From Chlorokybus atmophyticus (lineage: Eukaryota; Plantae; Mesostigma and Chlorokybus algae): a stretch of DNA of 64,000 bases. Under the pieces are notes generated by a model. It was not told the DNA's origin. It saw only the letters and a program-made list of their open reading frames with translations, and searched no databases. Shown in pieces: positions 1-11,554 of this stretch (positions within the stretch are counted from its first letter, which is position 1; every line of letters starts with the position of its first letter). The stretch lies in NCBI GenBank assembly GCA_009103225.1, contig RHPI01003156.1:288537-352536 (forward strand). The letters are read 5' to 3'. Both the position numbers and the translations under genes were made by a program.

Positions 1-1880
1 TCCGTCTGCATCAGGCAAACACACTGTGAAGCGGAAGCTGAAGTGATGTCACAACGCTGTGGCGTTTGTGTTTGACATTGGCATGGCACGAGGTGCAATC
101 TCCCAGCATTGGTCATGAAGAACCATTGCAGCCGTGTATGATGAGTGTACTTCATGGTGCACGTCTGCAAGCAGGAAGGCCACGTTGTGGGGCTTATTCA
201 GTGTGGTCAGTATACGCCCGTGTTGGCAGGTGATCAACTCTTGCATGCTTGTTGTATGACTAACCGGGCAGCCTAAGAGTAGCGTAGGTGCGAAAGTAGT
301 AAGTACTAGCCCGGTGGTGAGTTATATGTGATGAGGTATCAGCGTGGGTGTGGTGAATGTCACTTGTTTAGGCTGAGCACACCATGCATGCCGGCACAGC
401 AGCATACCCCTTTGTATACAACCTTGCATGAGTAGTTTTATTTATTGGTTTTCCAAAGGCAATTCAAGTGTGTGTCATTCACAACTCCTATAAGTAGGCA
501 AAGGTTTACTGAGCAACTCAATGAGACTTTAAAAGCGTGTACTTAGCAAACGGGAAAAGAAAAGAAAATCCATTCTTTCAGAATTACTTTCATCACAGAG
601 ATGCTGCAAACCTTCCCAATTTATTCACACGCGGCGTTACTACTTGCATCGCCCACATGTAAACTCAATTGCAATCTTGGTAAGCATTTCTGATTTTTAT
701 GGCTACGTCACCTTAATGTGTTACGCATTATGTTCGTGCCGTTGACATTGCACAATGTAAGAAAGAATGGCTATAAAGCTTCTACTGTTCAACATAGCCT
801 CTTTGCATACTATATTGTACATCGTATACCAACAATGTGGCATGCGATGCCGAGAAACAATTGCACATGTTTGCATAATATGTTTTACACAATTGAGTGC
901 GTAACCATGAAGTAACGCATACAAGAATGTTATATACCGTTTATGATATGGAGAGCGTAATAGTAGTATGATGTCAAGCCGGCTTACCGGCAAGTAAACA
1001 AGACGATGATGTACTTGATCCACATCACTGGAGGCAGGGGCCAAATGCTGGCTACGTGACGCGAATACACGCAGATACAAGGGTATGATGCAATTTGAAT
1101 TCAAATTTTTGCAAATACATACTCATGCACAAGTTTGATCGTGTAATACAGGTTGTATATTATTAACATTATTTTCGTATATAAAAACGTTTCGTTTGTT
1201 TGTTTGTCCTCAACATAGGCCGCATGTATGAACGTGTTTCCGACACATGCTTCCGTTATCGATCTCCCCACCCAACTCTTCGCTTTTCATGTTTTCATTT
1301 GCCCTTACACGGTGTTGTTTTGCCACTCCACTGTCACAGATGTGGCATACGATCTTTATACACAGCCAGCTGTCACCCTCCATTGCCACTTCAGCAGCCG
1401 CAGCTCGCCAGTCACGTGACGCGCCGAAAGCCATCTCACCCACCCATCGACGGCTTCTGTGCCCTCCTGCCCCGCGAGCGCATCAGAAGGTCATGCAAAT
1501 CGGACGGCCTAGTTTCACCCATAAAGCGGCCCTTGGCGCCAGCATGCGTTACGGCTTAGCGTAACTCGCCGGCAGAAACACGCCCATCCCATCTCCTCTC
1601 ACTCTTCAATGACCTGTACGGCCACATGACCGCCTGTCCCACCGCGGATGGCCCATCACTGATCCGGAGACCGCGGCTTGGGGTGGAGCGTTGGGGTGAA
1701 TACTTGGCCTCTCAGTTGGTGTTGATGACAATGGTGGTAGTAGTGGCACAGAGGAGGGGTTATTAGGCTGACGGCGCCGCCAGTGCTGGCCGCAGGTGTT
1801 GAAGTAGACGTGTAGCAGTGCAGCAGGGTGGCTGTGTGAGAGCGGATTAGCAGCCCGCTGTGCAGCCAGAACAGAACCGG

Positions 1881-1926
1881 GCCAGGCCAGGCCAGACCAG
1901 ACTAGAGCAGGGTAGGCCAGGCCAGG
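1881..1926 (+). repeat. (CCAGG/CCAGA)n pentamer run upstream of nitrate reductase
   Basis: gccaggccaggccagaccagactag...gtaggccaggccaggg, about 510-550 bp upstream of the NR ATG. The same pentamer occurs upstream of NiR and of the FAM184-like gene. Confidence 0.75.
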
Positions 1927-2217
1927 GAGGCTCCGCGATCAGGCCAGACCATTGGGGGTGAAGGCGACGGAGGAAGTTTCGTACCAGCAGGAGGTCGCCA
2001 GCTGCAAGGTACAGTTCAATGCTGGCGTATGGTATGCCGCTCCTGTGAGAGAGTCACTGGCGGTGGTGCGGCGGTGAATAGATCTGGCATAGGTGTTCGT
2101 GGGTTATTGGAAGTCAGCTGCGTCGTGGTTTGGTTGTGTTGTGCATCACTCAGCAACCGACTGCATGCACGTACGTCCCATCGCATGTGCTGTGTTCACT
2201 CCGGTAGACCACGCTGA

Positions 2218-2236
2218 TGACCTTTCCAGCGCGTGG
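2218..2236 (+). promoter_or_regulatory. Candidate nitrate-responsive element half-site (TGACCTTT)
   Basis: TGACCTTTCCAGCGCGTGG, 215 bp upstream of the NR ATG. Resembles TGACCCTTCCATTGCTGG upstream of NiR. Confidence 0.3.
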
Positions 2237-2432
2237 TTCGCAGCAGAACCACATTTGGATGGTGCAGGTTGTTGTTACGATCTGCTGATGCACAGAAGTT
2301 GATGCACTTTCTCAATGTCTCTTCACACTCCCCAATTGCATAATCGTGCACATACACACATCACCAGCAACTGGGCTCCAACTCTTTCTCGTGTCGTCTC
2401 CAGGTTGCCTCTGCTTGCGACACAACACCAAC

Positions 2433-5400
2433 ATGGGCGGCCCTTCACTGGAGACCCCCTCAGTGGTATCAGCAGCCTCCCCCGTGGTAGTACTATCCTC
2501 CTCCTCCCCCTCCACAAACACACACCCCTCCACCTCCCCCACATCAACTTCACTGGGCGCATGGCGTGGCGGCGTGGACACCCGCGACGCCGACACTCCC
2601 GACAGGTGGGTCGAACGTCACCCTTCCATGGTTCGTCTCACCGGTCGCCACCCTTTCAACGCCGAGCCACCCGTGACGGACTTGGTTGAGGAGGGTGGGA
2701 AGTTGTTGGGTCTTACACCTAATGCGCTCCACTACGTGCGCAACCACGGGCCGGTGCCAAAGCTGTCGTGGGAGACGCACACGCTGGGCGTGAGGGTGAG
2801 GGGACAGTCTGAGAGGGTGTTCACCATGGAGGAGCTGTGGAAGGGGTGCGGGGGGGCGATACAGAGGAGGAGCGTCATGGTCACCATGGCGTGTGCGGGG
2901 AATAGGAGGAAGGAGCAGAACATGATCAAGCAGAGCAAGGGATTCCACTGGTAAGAGAGGGAGACAGGAGGACTCTGTCACGTTGAGTGCGTGTGCGTGT
3001 GTGGTGCGTGTTTCTGCATGGACACATGCATATGCCTACCAACACCAAAATGCATGCATGCGTGCATAGGCATGTGCGGTGTGCGTGCGTACACATGTGT
3101 TTCTCTCTGCGTGCGTGTCTGTGTGCGTGCGCGTGCACATGTGCAGTGCTTACATTCTCAACCAATCGATGGGTTGTTGACTGATTGTTATGTTGACTGT
3201 GACCAGGGGTCCTGCGGGTGTGTCCACAGCAGTATGGGAGGGCCTTCGTCTCTGCGACCTTCTCGCTCTCTGCGGCGTGACTCCGGAGTTGGCTCGAGAC
3301 CGTCGTTACTACGCCCACATGTCCGGCGCGGACACTCTCCCCAACGGCGTGTACGCCACGAGCATCCCTCTGTCGTGGGCGATGGACCCCGCCAACGACG
3401 TGTTGGTGGCCATGGCCATGAACGGGGAGTTGCTCGCACCCGATCATGGATTTCCTGTGAGAACGATCATCCCCGGTATGATCGGAGGGAGGACTATAAA
3501 GTGGATGAAGTCGATTGAGGTGAAGCAGGGGGAGAACGACACGTATTACCACTATAGAGACAATCGGGTGCTACCGCCGCATGTGGATGCGGAACTCGCA
3601 GACAAAGAGGGATGGTGGCACAAACCACAGTAAGTGTACTCTTGCTGGACACTCTGTGCGCACATATGCACCCAACATATGCACACGCACGCACACTTGC
3701 GCGCGAGCGCGCGCATACACACACGCGTACCGCATGCACGCATGTGCATAGGGACGTACTCTTACACACTCACACTTTCAGTTGTTGGCCTCTCGTGTCA
3801 CACAACCAACATACACCAACTCACCCTCTTTTGTTCTCAGGTTCATCATCATGCACTTGAACGTGAACTCGGCGATGGCTCGTCCCGCTCACAACGAGGT
3901 GCTTCACGTGGTTGGCGCCACCAACTCTGAAGCCACGTACACGTGTCGCGGTTACGCTTACTCGGGTGGTGGTCGCGCCGTGACGCGCGTGGAGCTTACG
4001 TTGGACTCTGGCGCCAGCTGGCGTCAAGCCGACTGGATGGAAGCCGCCTCCCCACCCAACGAGTATGGAAAGCAGTGGACGTGGGTGTTGTGGGAATGTG
4101 TCATTCGCGTGTCGGACCTCGCCAACGCCACGTCGCTATCGTTGAGAGCTTGGGACGACGCGCTCAACACGCAGCCGCGCGACCCAACATGGAACGTCAT
4201 GGGCATGATGCACAACCCGTGGTTCCGCGTGTTCATACACAAGAAGGAAGATGGCAAGTCTCTCACCTTCGAGCACCCAACGCAACCGGGCAACTTGTCC
4301 GGCGGGTGGATGGCACGTGAGAACGCCGAGAAAGAAGAGGCTGAGGCAGCTGCTGCAAAGATGATCGCCAACAGGAAGATTGTGGATGTTGTGTCGGATG
4401 TTGTGAGGATGGATGTGCCTGCGTCTGCGGTGGTTGAAGTCATCACCGGCAAGAAGTACACCATGAAGGAGGTGGAGGCGCACAACGCCGAGAAGGACGT
4501 GTGGATCGTGGTGGGCGGGAAGGTGTACGACTGCACGCCTTTTCTCAAAGAGCATCCTGGTGGAGCAGAAAGCATTCTCATCAATGCCGGCACGGACGCA
4601 ACGGATGAGTTTGATGCCATTCACTCTAAGAAGGCCAGGGCCATGCTCGCAGAGTACTACATCGGGGACCTCGCCGAGGAGGACACGCCTGCGGTTGTAC
4701 CCCCTCTTGCCAACGGACATGTTGTTACAACATCACCGGAGAAGGTGGTGGTTGCATTGGACACGCCTGCAGTTGCACCCGCTATAGCCAACGGACACGT
4801 CATCCCAACATTACTGGAGAATGCGCCCGTTGCGTTGGACCCGAAGAAGAGGATACCTTTCAGGTTGATAGAGAAGGAGGCGCTCAGTCACGATGTGAGA
4901 AGGTTCCGCTTCGCGCTGCAGAGCAACAAGCACGTGTTGGGTCTGCCTGTGGGCAAGCACATGTTCCTTAGCGCCACCGTCGGCGACAAGATGGTCATGC
5001 GCGCGTACACGCCGACGAGCAGCGACGATGATGTCGGGTACTTTGAACTTGTGGTGAAGGTGTACTTCAAGGGTGTCAACGAGCGCTTCCCGGATGGCGG
5101 CATCATGTCGCAGTATCTGGAGAGTCTTTGTATTGGAGACACCATTGATGTGAAGGGCCCACTCGGACACGTGCACTACCTGTCACGAGGGAACTTCACT
5201 GTGGATAGAGAACCCAAACACGCCACCCACATATCCATGATTGCAGGAGGCACCGGCATCACCCCCATGATCCAAGTAAGCACACATACTCGCACGCACA
5301 CATGCACACAACCACACATGCGTCTCACACCTTCACAAACACGCACGAATACATACATCACAACTCGCTCATGTTTGGCTTCTGTTCTGTAGATTATCAA

Positions 5401-5728
5401 GGCTGTATTGAAGGACTCGGATGACAAGACAGAGCTGTCCCTTCTCTTCGCCAACCAGACCGAGGATGACATCTTGCTGAGGTCTGATTTGGACGAGCTG
5501 GCGGAAAGACACAACAACTTCCGTGTGTGGTACACGCTGAGCCGGCCGCCGAAGGAGTGGAAGTACAGCGAGGGTTTCATCAACGAGGACATGTGCAGGG
5601 CCACCGTGTTCCCCTCTTCCCCCACCTCCTACGTTTTCATGTGCGGCCCTCCACCCATGATCAAGTTCGCATGCGTGCCCAACCTGGAGAAGATGGGCTT
5701 CACAGCAGAGCAGATGGTCACTTTCTGA
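2433..5728 (+). CDS. NIA: Assimilatory nitrate reductase (Moco / dimerisation / cytochrome b5 / FAD-NAD(P)H domains), 4 exons, 903 aa
   Basis: Exons 2433-2950, 3207-3629, 3841-5275, 5393-5728 join in frame (2712 nt) across GT-AG introns. Motifs: RLTGRHPFNAEPP, HYVRNHG, Moco Cys in MACAGNRRKEQN, GMIGGRTIKW, WNVMGMMHNPW, heme HPGG...DAIHS, RAYTP, GGTGITPM, CGPPPM. The ATG at 2433 is the first in-frame ATG before the conserved region; an upstream exon is not excluded. Confidence 0.96.
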
Positions 5729-6768
5729 GGAAAAAGAGTGTGAGCAGCAACCATTGGTGTAGATTACTATTATTGCTAGGTAGTGCGCATTGTATAAAGG
5801 TGTTGCTAGACTGAGTGTGGGTGTTTGTGGGGGAGTTGGTGCGACTAGTGGTAATTTTTGAGGCTGCCTGCCTGCCTGGCAGCTGTTGATGTGTGGTACG
5901 CATTATGTGAATATGAGACTCCTAAAGTGGGAGTGGAAGCTTGTCATAGCTTGTTGCTGTGTGTTGAGTGGTACGCATGAGCATTGAGTCATCAGAGGTT
6001 GCACTGGCACGTGAAACCCTGCTGGTGCTGCACTACTGGCCTGCGCACGCTTTCACAGTACCAAGCGCATGCTCACGTATATGTTGACACTGAGTTAGGC
6101 GCGCGCATGTACCCTTCCTGTTACAAGAGCCTTCCAGAGTCTTCCACAACCTTACCTAGCTGTATGTAATCCTTGACATTTATATGATGTAGCACAGTCA
6201 CATTGAGGCAGAGTGACAACATCATGGCTATTCACTGCGTGCGCGAAGCTGGCCCTATTCATGAGGTGGCAGGTATAGGTTTTCCAGTAGCTCTGATGCA
6301 TAACATGCAATGCAATGCAATGCAAGCACACTGCCACGCATAAGTTCAAGCAAGAAAGAGTAGCAGGGCCAAGAGCAAACTACTATTATTGTTATTATTG
6401 TTATAAAGCTGGGTCAACCAATTGATTGTAGCTACGTGCCTGTGTACGGGATGAGGCGGTTGCATGTAGTGTAGCGGGCAAGCATTGATAGCATTATTGT
6501 GCAAGTGTTTCTTGACAATCGTACACGGGGTGTAGCTTGCAACCTAAATGTTTAGCAATTGCATTAAACTCAATGCAACGACCATTGCAAAATACAGTCA
6601 GTAAACACTCTAATTGTGAGCATTTCGTATGCAGCATTCATGCATACATATTCCGTCATAAATGCAGGTAAATATAAAGTTTCCATTGATATACGCGATC
6701 TCAACATACGACAATGAGATGTACGTATTTTGCTCACAACATTAAAATACGATTGACACATCTTGCAA

Positions 6769-7084
<316 letters not shown>

Positions 7085-7672
7085 ACAGCTCATTGTCAAG
7101 AACAAATGTATGCAATGACCAATGCCAATACATCAAGGTGGTGGTAAAAATGATTAAGTCCGCCTGATATTGTATAAACTGCGTGCGCCCTGTCACCAGG
7201 CTGTTATCACTGATATGGCGAAGAACTTCCATACTGCGTTACGCTAATCGGGATACGCCAGCCTGTCTGCATGTTCTTCGCACAGCCACCCGCTTTCCCC
7301 AGAAGCCAAGCAGTGAGAGTACCCTGATGATGAGGAAATTGTTACACATCTATGAACCTGGTACAGCGCGCGATTCTGCCAACTTGGCAGGTCAAGTTGA
7401 AAGCCGTTGATCCGCCGTCTTCAAGCACAGGTTCCCCATCGCACGGCTGCTGTTATTCCGCATGTTGTCACGACCCCGCGCGCACCTGAAGGGGCAAACC
7501 GAGCTCTTAACCCTGAAGCTCGGATATCAGTGCCTCGGTACAGGCGAGCTTCATTATATCCGCTTTTGTACTTCAATACGTGTGGCCTCTGCAGTTAAGT
7601 GGCGTCGCGGGGCCGACTTTAAGACGACGCTTCGGTGACGGCAAATCCAGCGCGGCCGGTACTTACCGGCTG

Positions 7673-7696
7673 TGACCCTTCCATTGCTGGCTGAGC
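7673..7696 (+). promoter_or_regulatory. Candidate nitrate-responsive element (NRE-like, TGACCCTT-N10-CTGAGC)
   Basis: Left half TGACCCTT is identical to the plant NRE consensus (tGACcCTT-N10-AAGag). Spacer is 10 nt; right half matches AAGAGC at 4 of 6 positions. Lies 247 bp upstream of the NiR ATG. Confidence 0.4.
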
Positions 7697-7820
7697 ACGA
7701 CCCGTTGCGCCGGTTTCGATGTTGTGACGTTCGGCTATTCAACCTTGGCCTGACCGGTGCTGTTCTGGCCGTGCACAGCAACCAAAAGCGCCAATTGCTC
7801 AATGAGCTATTAGGCCAAGC

Positions 7821-7848
7821 GACCAGACCAGGCCAGACCAGGCCAGGC
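7821..7848 (+). repeat. (CCAGG/CCAGA)n pentamer run upstream of nitrite reductase
   Basis: gaccagaccaggccagaccaggccaggc, about 70-100 bp upstream of the NiR ATG. Confidence 0.75.
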
Positions 7849-7919
7849 GCATCTGGCGTTTAAGGAGGTAGGATTGCATAGGCAGCATTGCGGCAGCGAG
7901 TGTGTATCAGTGTATCAGC

Positions 7920-10860
7920 ATGGCGGCGGCGGCAGCCGTGGCGGCGAGGGTGGGTGGGAGCTTCACGGGCCTGCGGAGGAAGGAGGAGCACGCTCAGCAG
8001 CCGGCGGTGGTGGCGGCGGCGGCGAAGCAGCACAGGCGACATGTCAGGTGTCACATGCGTGACGTGTCGCCACCCAGAGCCGTCGCTGTCTCCGCTCCGC
8101 CCCTTCTTGAACCCACCACAACAGCAGAGCCCTCTTTCACCGAGGATGCCAGCGTGACTGGGAGGGTCCCCAAGGTATGCATTTGCAAGTGCATGAACAC
8201 AACATGCAACAGAGTGGAATGCACGAAAGATTCCAACTACTGAGTCAGACAAGCGCAGACCACACATCAACAAACCTTGTGCGTGTGCGTGTGATACAGG
8301 TGTACAAGACTGAGGAGGGGTTCTGGCAATTGAAGCCCACTGAGCTGAAGGGCATCAACCCTGCAGAAAAGGTAAGAGTTCTGTATGTGATCGCAATTGT
8401 TCGATATCATATAATCAAGCAGTCACTCATAATCACTACACGATTCAGATCAAACTGAAGAAGGAGGGCATGAAGATGCTGGAGGACATTGTGTCGCTGT
8501 CCACCAAGTCCATGGAGGAGATCGACGCCGACAAGGACCTCAAGGACGACATCGACGTGCGTCTCAAGTGGTTGGGTCTCTTCCACAGACGCAAACGCCA
8601 ATGTGAGTGTGGGTGGGATAAGTGATCTATGCAGAGTCAATAATATTGACTCAATGTGCCAACATGTTACATTTGTGTACAGATGGTCGGTTCATGATGC
8701 GGCTGAAGCTCCCCAACGGCATCTGCACGTCGGAGCAGGTGCGCTTCCTGGCGTCGGTCATCAGCAAGTACGGGGAAGAGGGATGCGCGGACGTCACCAC
8801 ACGCCAGAACTGGCAGGTAAAGGACTTGGCAGTCCATAAAGAGTGCACGTGTGAGTGAGGGCGTACGTGTATGCGCTCGCGCATGTGCGTATTTACGCAA
8901 TCGTGTGCTTGTGTGTGGTTGTGCGCATGAGCACATGTATGCGTCTGCACATGCATGCATGTGCGTGCCTGCCCATGTGCGCGGCTAACTCCACCCTGCA
9001 AGAGTTCTATCTCTCAACTGCAGCAATGATGTCGTCTTACCATCCTCATGCGTCATCCAGATCCGTGGTGTGACGCTGGCTGATGTAACGTGGGTGCTCG
9101 ACGGTCTCGAGCGTGTTGGTCTCACCTCCATCCAATCCGGCATGGACAACGTCCGCAACTGTGTTGGTTCTCCTCTCGCCGGCATCGACCCCCACGAGAT
9201 CATCGACACGCGTCCCTACAACAAGCTTATCAGCGACTGGGTCGTGCGCAACAATGCCATGAACCCGGAGATCACCAACTTGCCGAGGAAGTGGAACGTC
9301 GCGATTGTTGGGACGCATGATGAGTTTGAACATCCGCATATCAATGATCTGGCGTTTGTACCGGCGATAAAAGAAGGAGTGTTCGGATTCAATGTACTGG
9401 TTGGAGGGTTCTTCTCCCCCGTACGATGCGAGGTAAAGCGAGTGTGCACATGCATGACTGTACTTCAAGAGTTGGAAGGTGTGTTGCACACAACAGTGAG
9501 CACGCAGTTACAGGAATGATGCAAACTTATGCACACTGACTGTTGACTCGTGTGCACATCAACTGCGACCATTGTAATATACTACGGTATCTGCTACTAA
9601 TAATAGCTATGCAAGTGCTGTATCCGAGCAGTTGTGTCTGAGGGACTTCGCACATACATCATAACTGTTGACTTGTGGGGATCGACTGCTATTTGCTACC
9701 AATACAGCTATGCAAGTGCTGTATCTGAGGGACTTGGTACATATTGCAAGTGCCCAAACATACCTCCAACATGTGTGCATGTGCCCAGATGGCTATTCCT
9801 ATGGATGCTTGGGTCCCGGCAAGTGAAGTCATCAACATGGTCTCCGCCCAACTCACGGTCTTCCGCGACTTTGGTTTCCGCGGCAACCGGCAGAAGTGCC
9901 GCATCATGTATCTGGTCGAGGAGATGGGTGTGGAGGGCTTCCGTGCCGAGGTTGAGGCGCGGATGAAGGGTGGGGTGTTACAGAGAGAAGGGGAGTCCAT
10001 GTTGGATCATGGCTGGGAGAGGAGGACGTATCTTGGGGTACATAAACAGAAGCAGGAAGGGTTGAGTTGGTGCGGGATGCTGGTGCCCGTGGGGAGGATG
10101 CAGGCGGAGGAGATGGTGGAGCTGGCGAGACTGGCGGACACGTATGGCAATGGAGAGGTAAGGAGGGGCATGCTTGTGTATGTGTGTATGCGCGCGCATG
10201 CACGCGTGCGTCCGTGCGTGCATACGCGTGTGCCACAGTGTGCATGCGTGTGCTTGTGCCCACGATCGTGCGTACGCGCGCGCGCGTGTGTGTGTACTAA
10301 CAAGGGTTTGGCAGTGTGATGCCGGTTGTTATTGTAGATTGATTCTGGTGCTAAGGTTAATCCCGTGTGCGCAGATACGCTTGACTGTGGAGCAGAACGT
10401 GATCATCCCCAACATCCCCGACTCCAAGCTCTCCTCCCTTCTCTCCGAGCCCTTCCTCCACAAGTTCACACCCTCTCCCGGCCCTCTCCAATCCGGCCTC
10501 GTCGCATGCACGGGTTCTCAATTCTGCGGCCAAGCAATCATAGAAACCAAATCCCGTGCCCAAGTCGTCACAGAGGAATTAGAGACCACAATGAACTTGC
10601 CTCGACCCGTGCGCATGCACTGGACAGGGTGTCCCAACACCTGCGGCCAGGTGCAGGTGGCCGATATCGGCTTCCTGGGATCCATGGCGAGAGACGCAGA
10701 CGGGAAGCCCTGTGAGGGAGCGGATATCTATCTCGGGGGGAAGGTCGGGGCGGAGTCGACATTGGGAACGTGCGTGAGAAGTAAGGTGCCGCATTATGAG
10801 ATTGTCAAGGTGACGCAGGAGCTGCTTGTCGAGCACTTTGGAGCCACATATAAGAGTTAG
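7920..10860 (+). CDS. NIR1: Ferredoxin-nitrite reductase, plastid-targeted, 7 exons, 613 aa
   Basis: Exons 7920-8174, 8300-8371, 8449-8602, 8683-8816, 9061-9432, 9789-10157, 10375-10860 join in frame (1842 nt), all GT-AG. Motifs: GINPAEK, DIDVRLKWLGLFHRRK, FMMRLKLPNG, DVTTRQNWQIRG, SGMDNVRN, NLPRKWNV, siroheme/4Fe-4S cysteines in ACTGSQFCGQA and GCPNTCGQ. Ala-rich N-terminal transit peptide. Confidence 0.96.
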
Positions 10861-11554
10861 AGGGAAGAGATTGTGGAGGGTGTCGAGGGAAGGGAGTGTA
10901 CAGTGTGTGCATGTGTGTCTAAGTTACTAGATATGAGCGAGTCTGTCATAGGGAGATAGACAGTTGTGTGCTGTATTCGTGCAGTCAGAATCAGGCTTGA
11001 ATGTAAGGCCATCATGTTGGGTGCAACTCGGGTTGTAAGTTTCCTGTGTGCGCATTTGCCATGTGCTGTATGACAAGTTCGCTCGTAGCTGCCTTCTGGA
11101 TGCATGCAGCGTTCGTGTTTGCTTGCATACGCACCAGCATGGAAACCTGTATGTACGTTTGTATGATGGTGATACTTCAAATGCCAAGCCGTCTCCTTGC
11201 CATGGCACACTATCTCGCACGTGTGTGCACTCTTGCGTAGTGAATAAGGTGAATGCTCCCCCTCTTCCGCCCGCTCTCCCTCCCTCCCACCCATTCACCA
11301 TCTCTCTCTGTGCAAGATGGTACAATAACGTGACAACACCACGACACACCACAACCACTTGCATAGATCTGGGGCATACATCAGCTATCGCAGTAGCGTA
11401 GATTGTGTTTGCCCTGCAGCATGCGCATACTAAGCGACTGGCGCAGCTTTGTTGACATGAACACGAGCAGCCTGCAGCATCATCACAACCGAGACATGCT
11501 TGCACGGGACAAGTTGGAAGCTTCCACCCCACATCACACATTCAGCGTATTGCA

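Noticed and set aside
1-1600. Short ORFs upstream of NR as a nitrate transporter (NRT2/NAR2)
   Set aside because: No membrane-transporter or NAR2 motif recognised, and no exon chain could be built.
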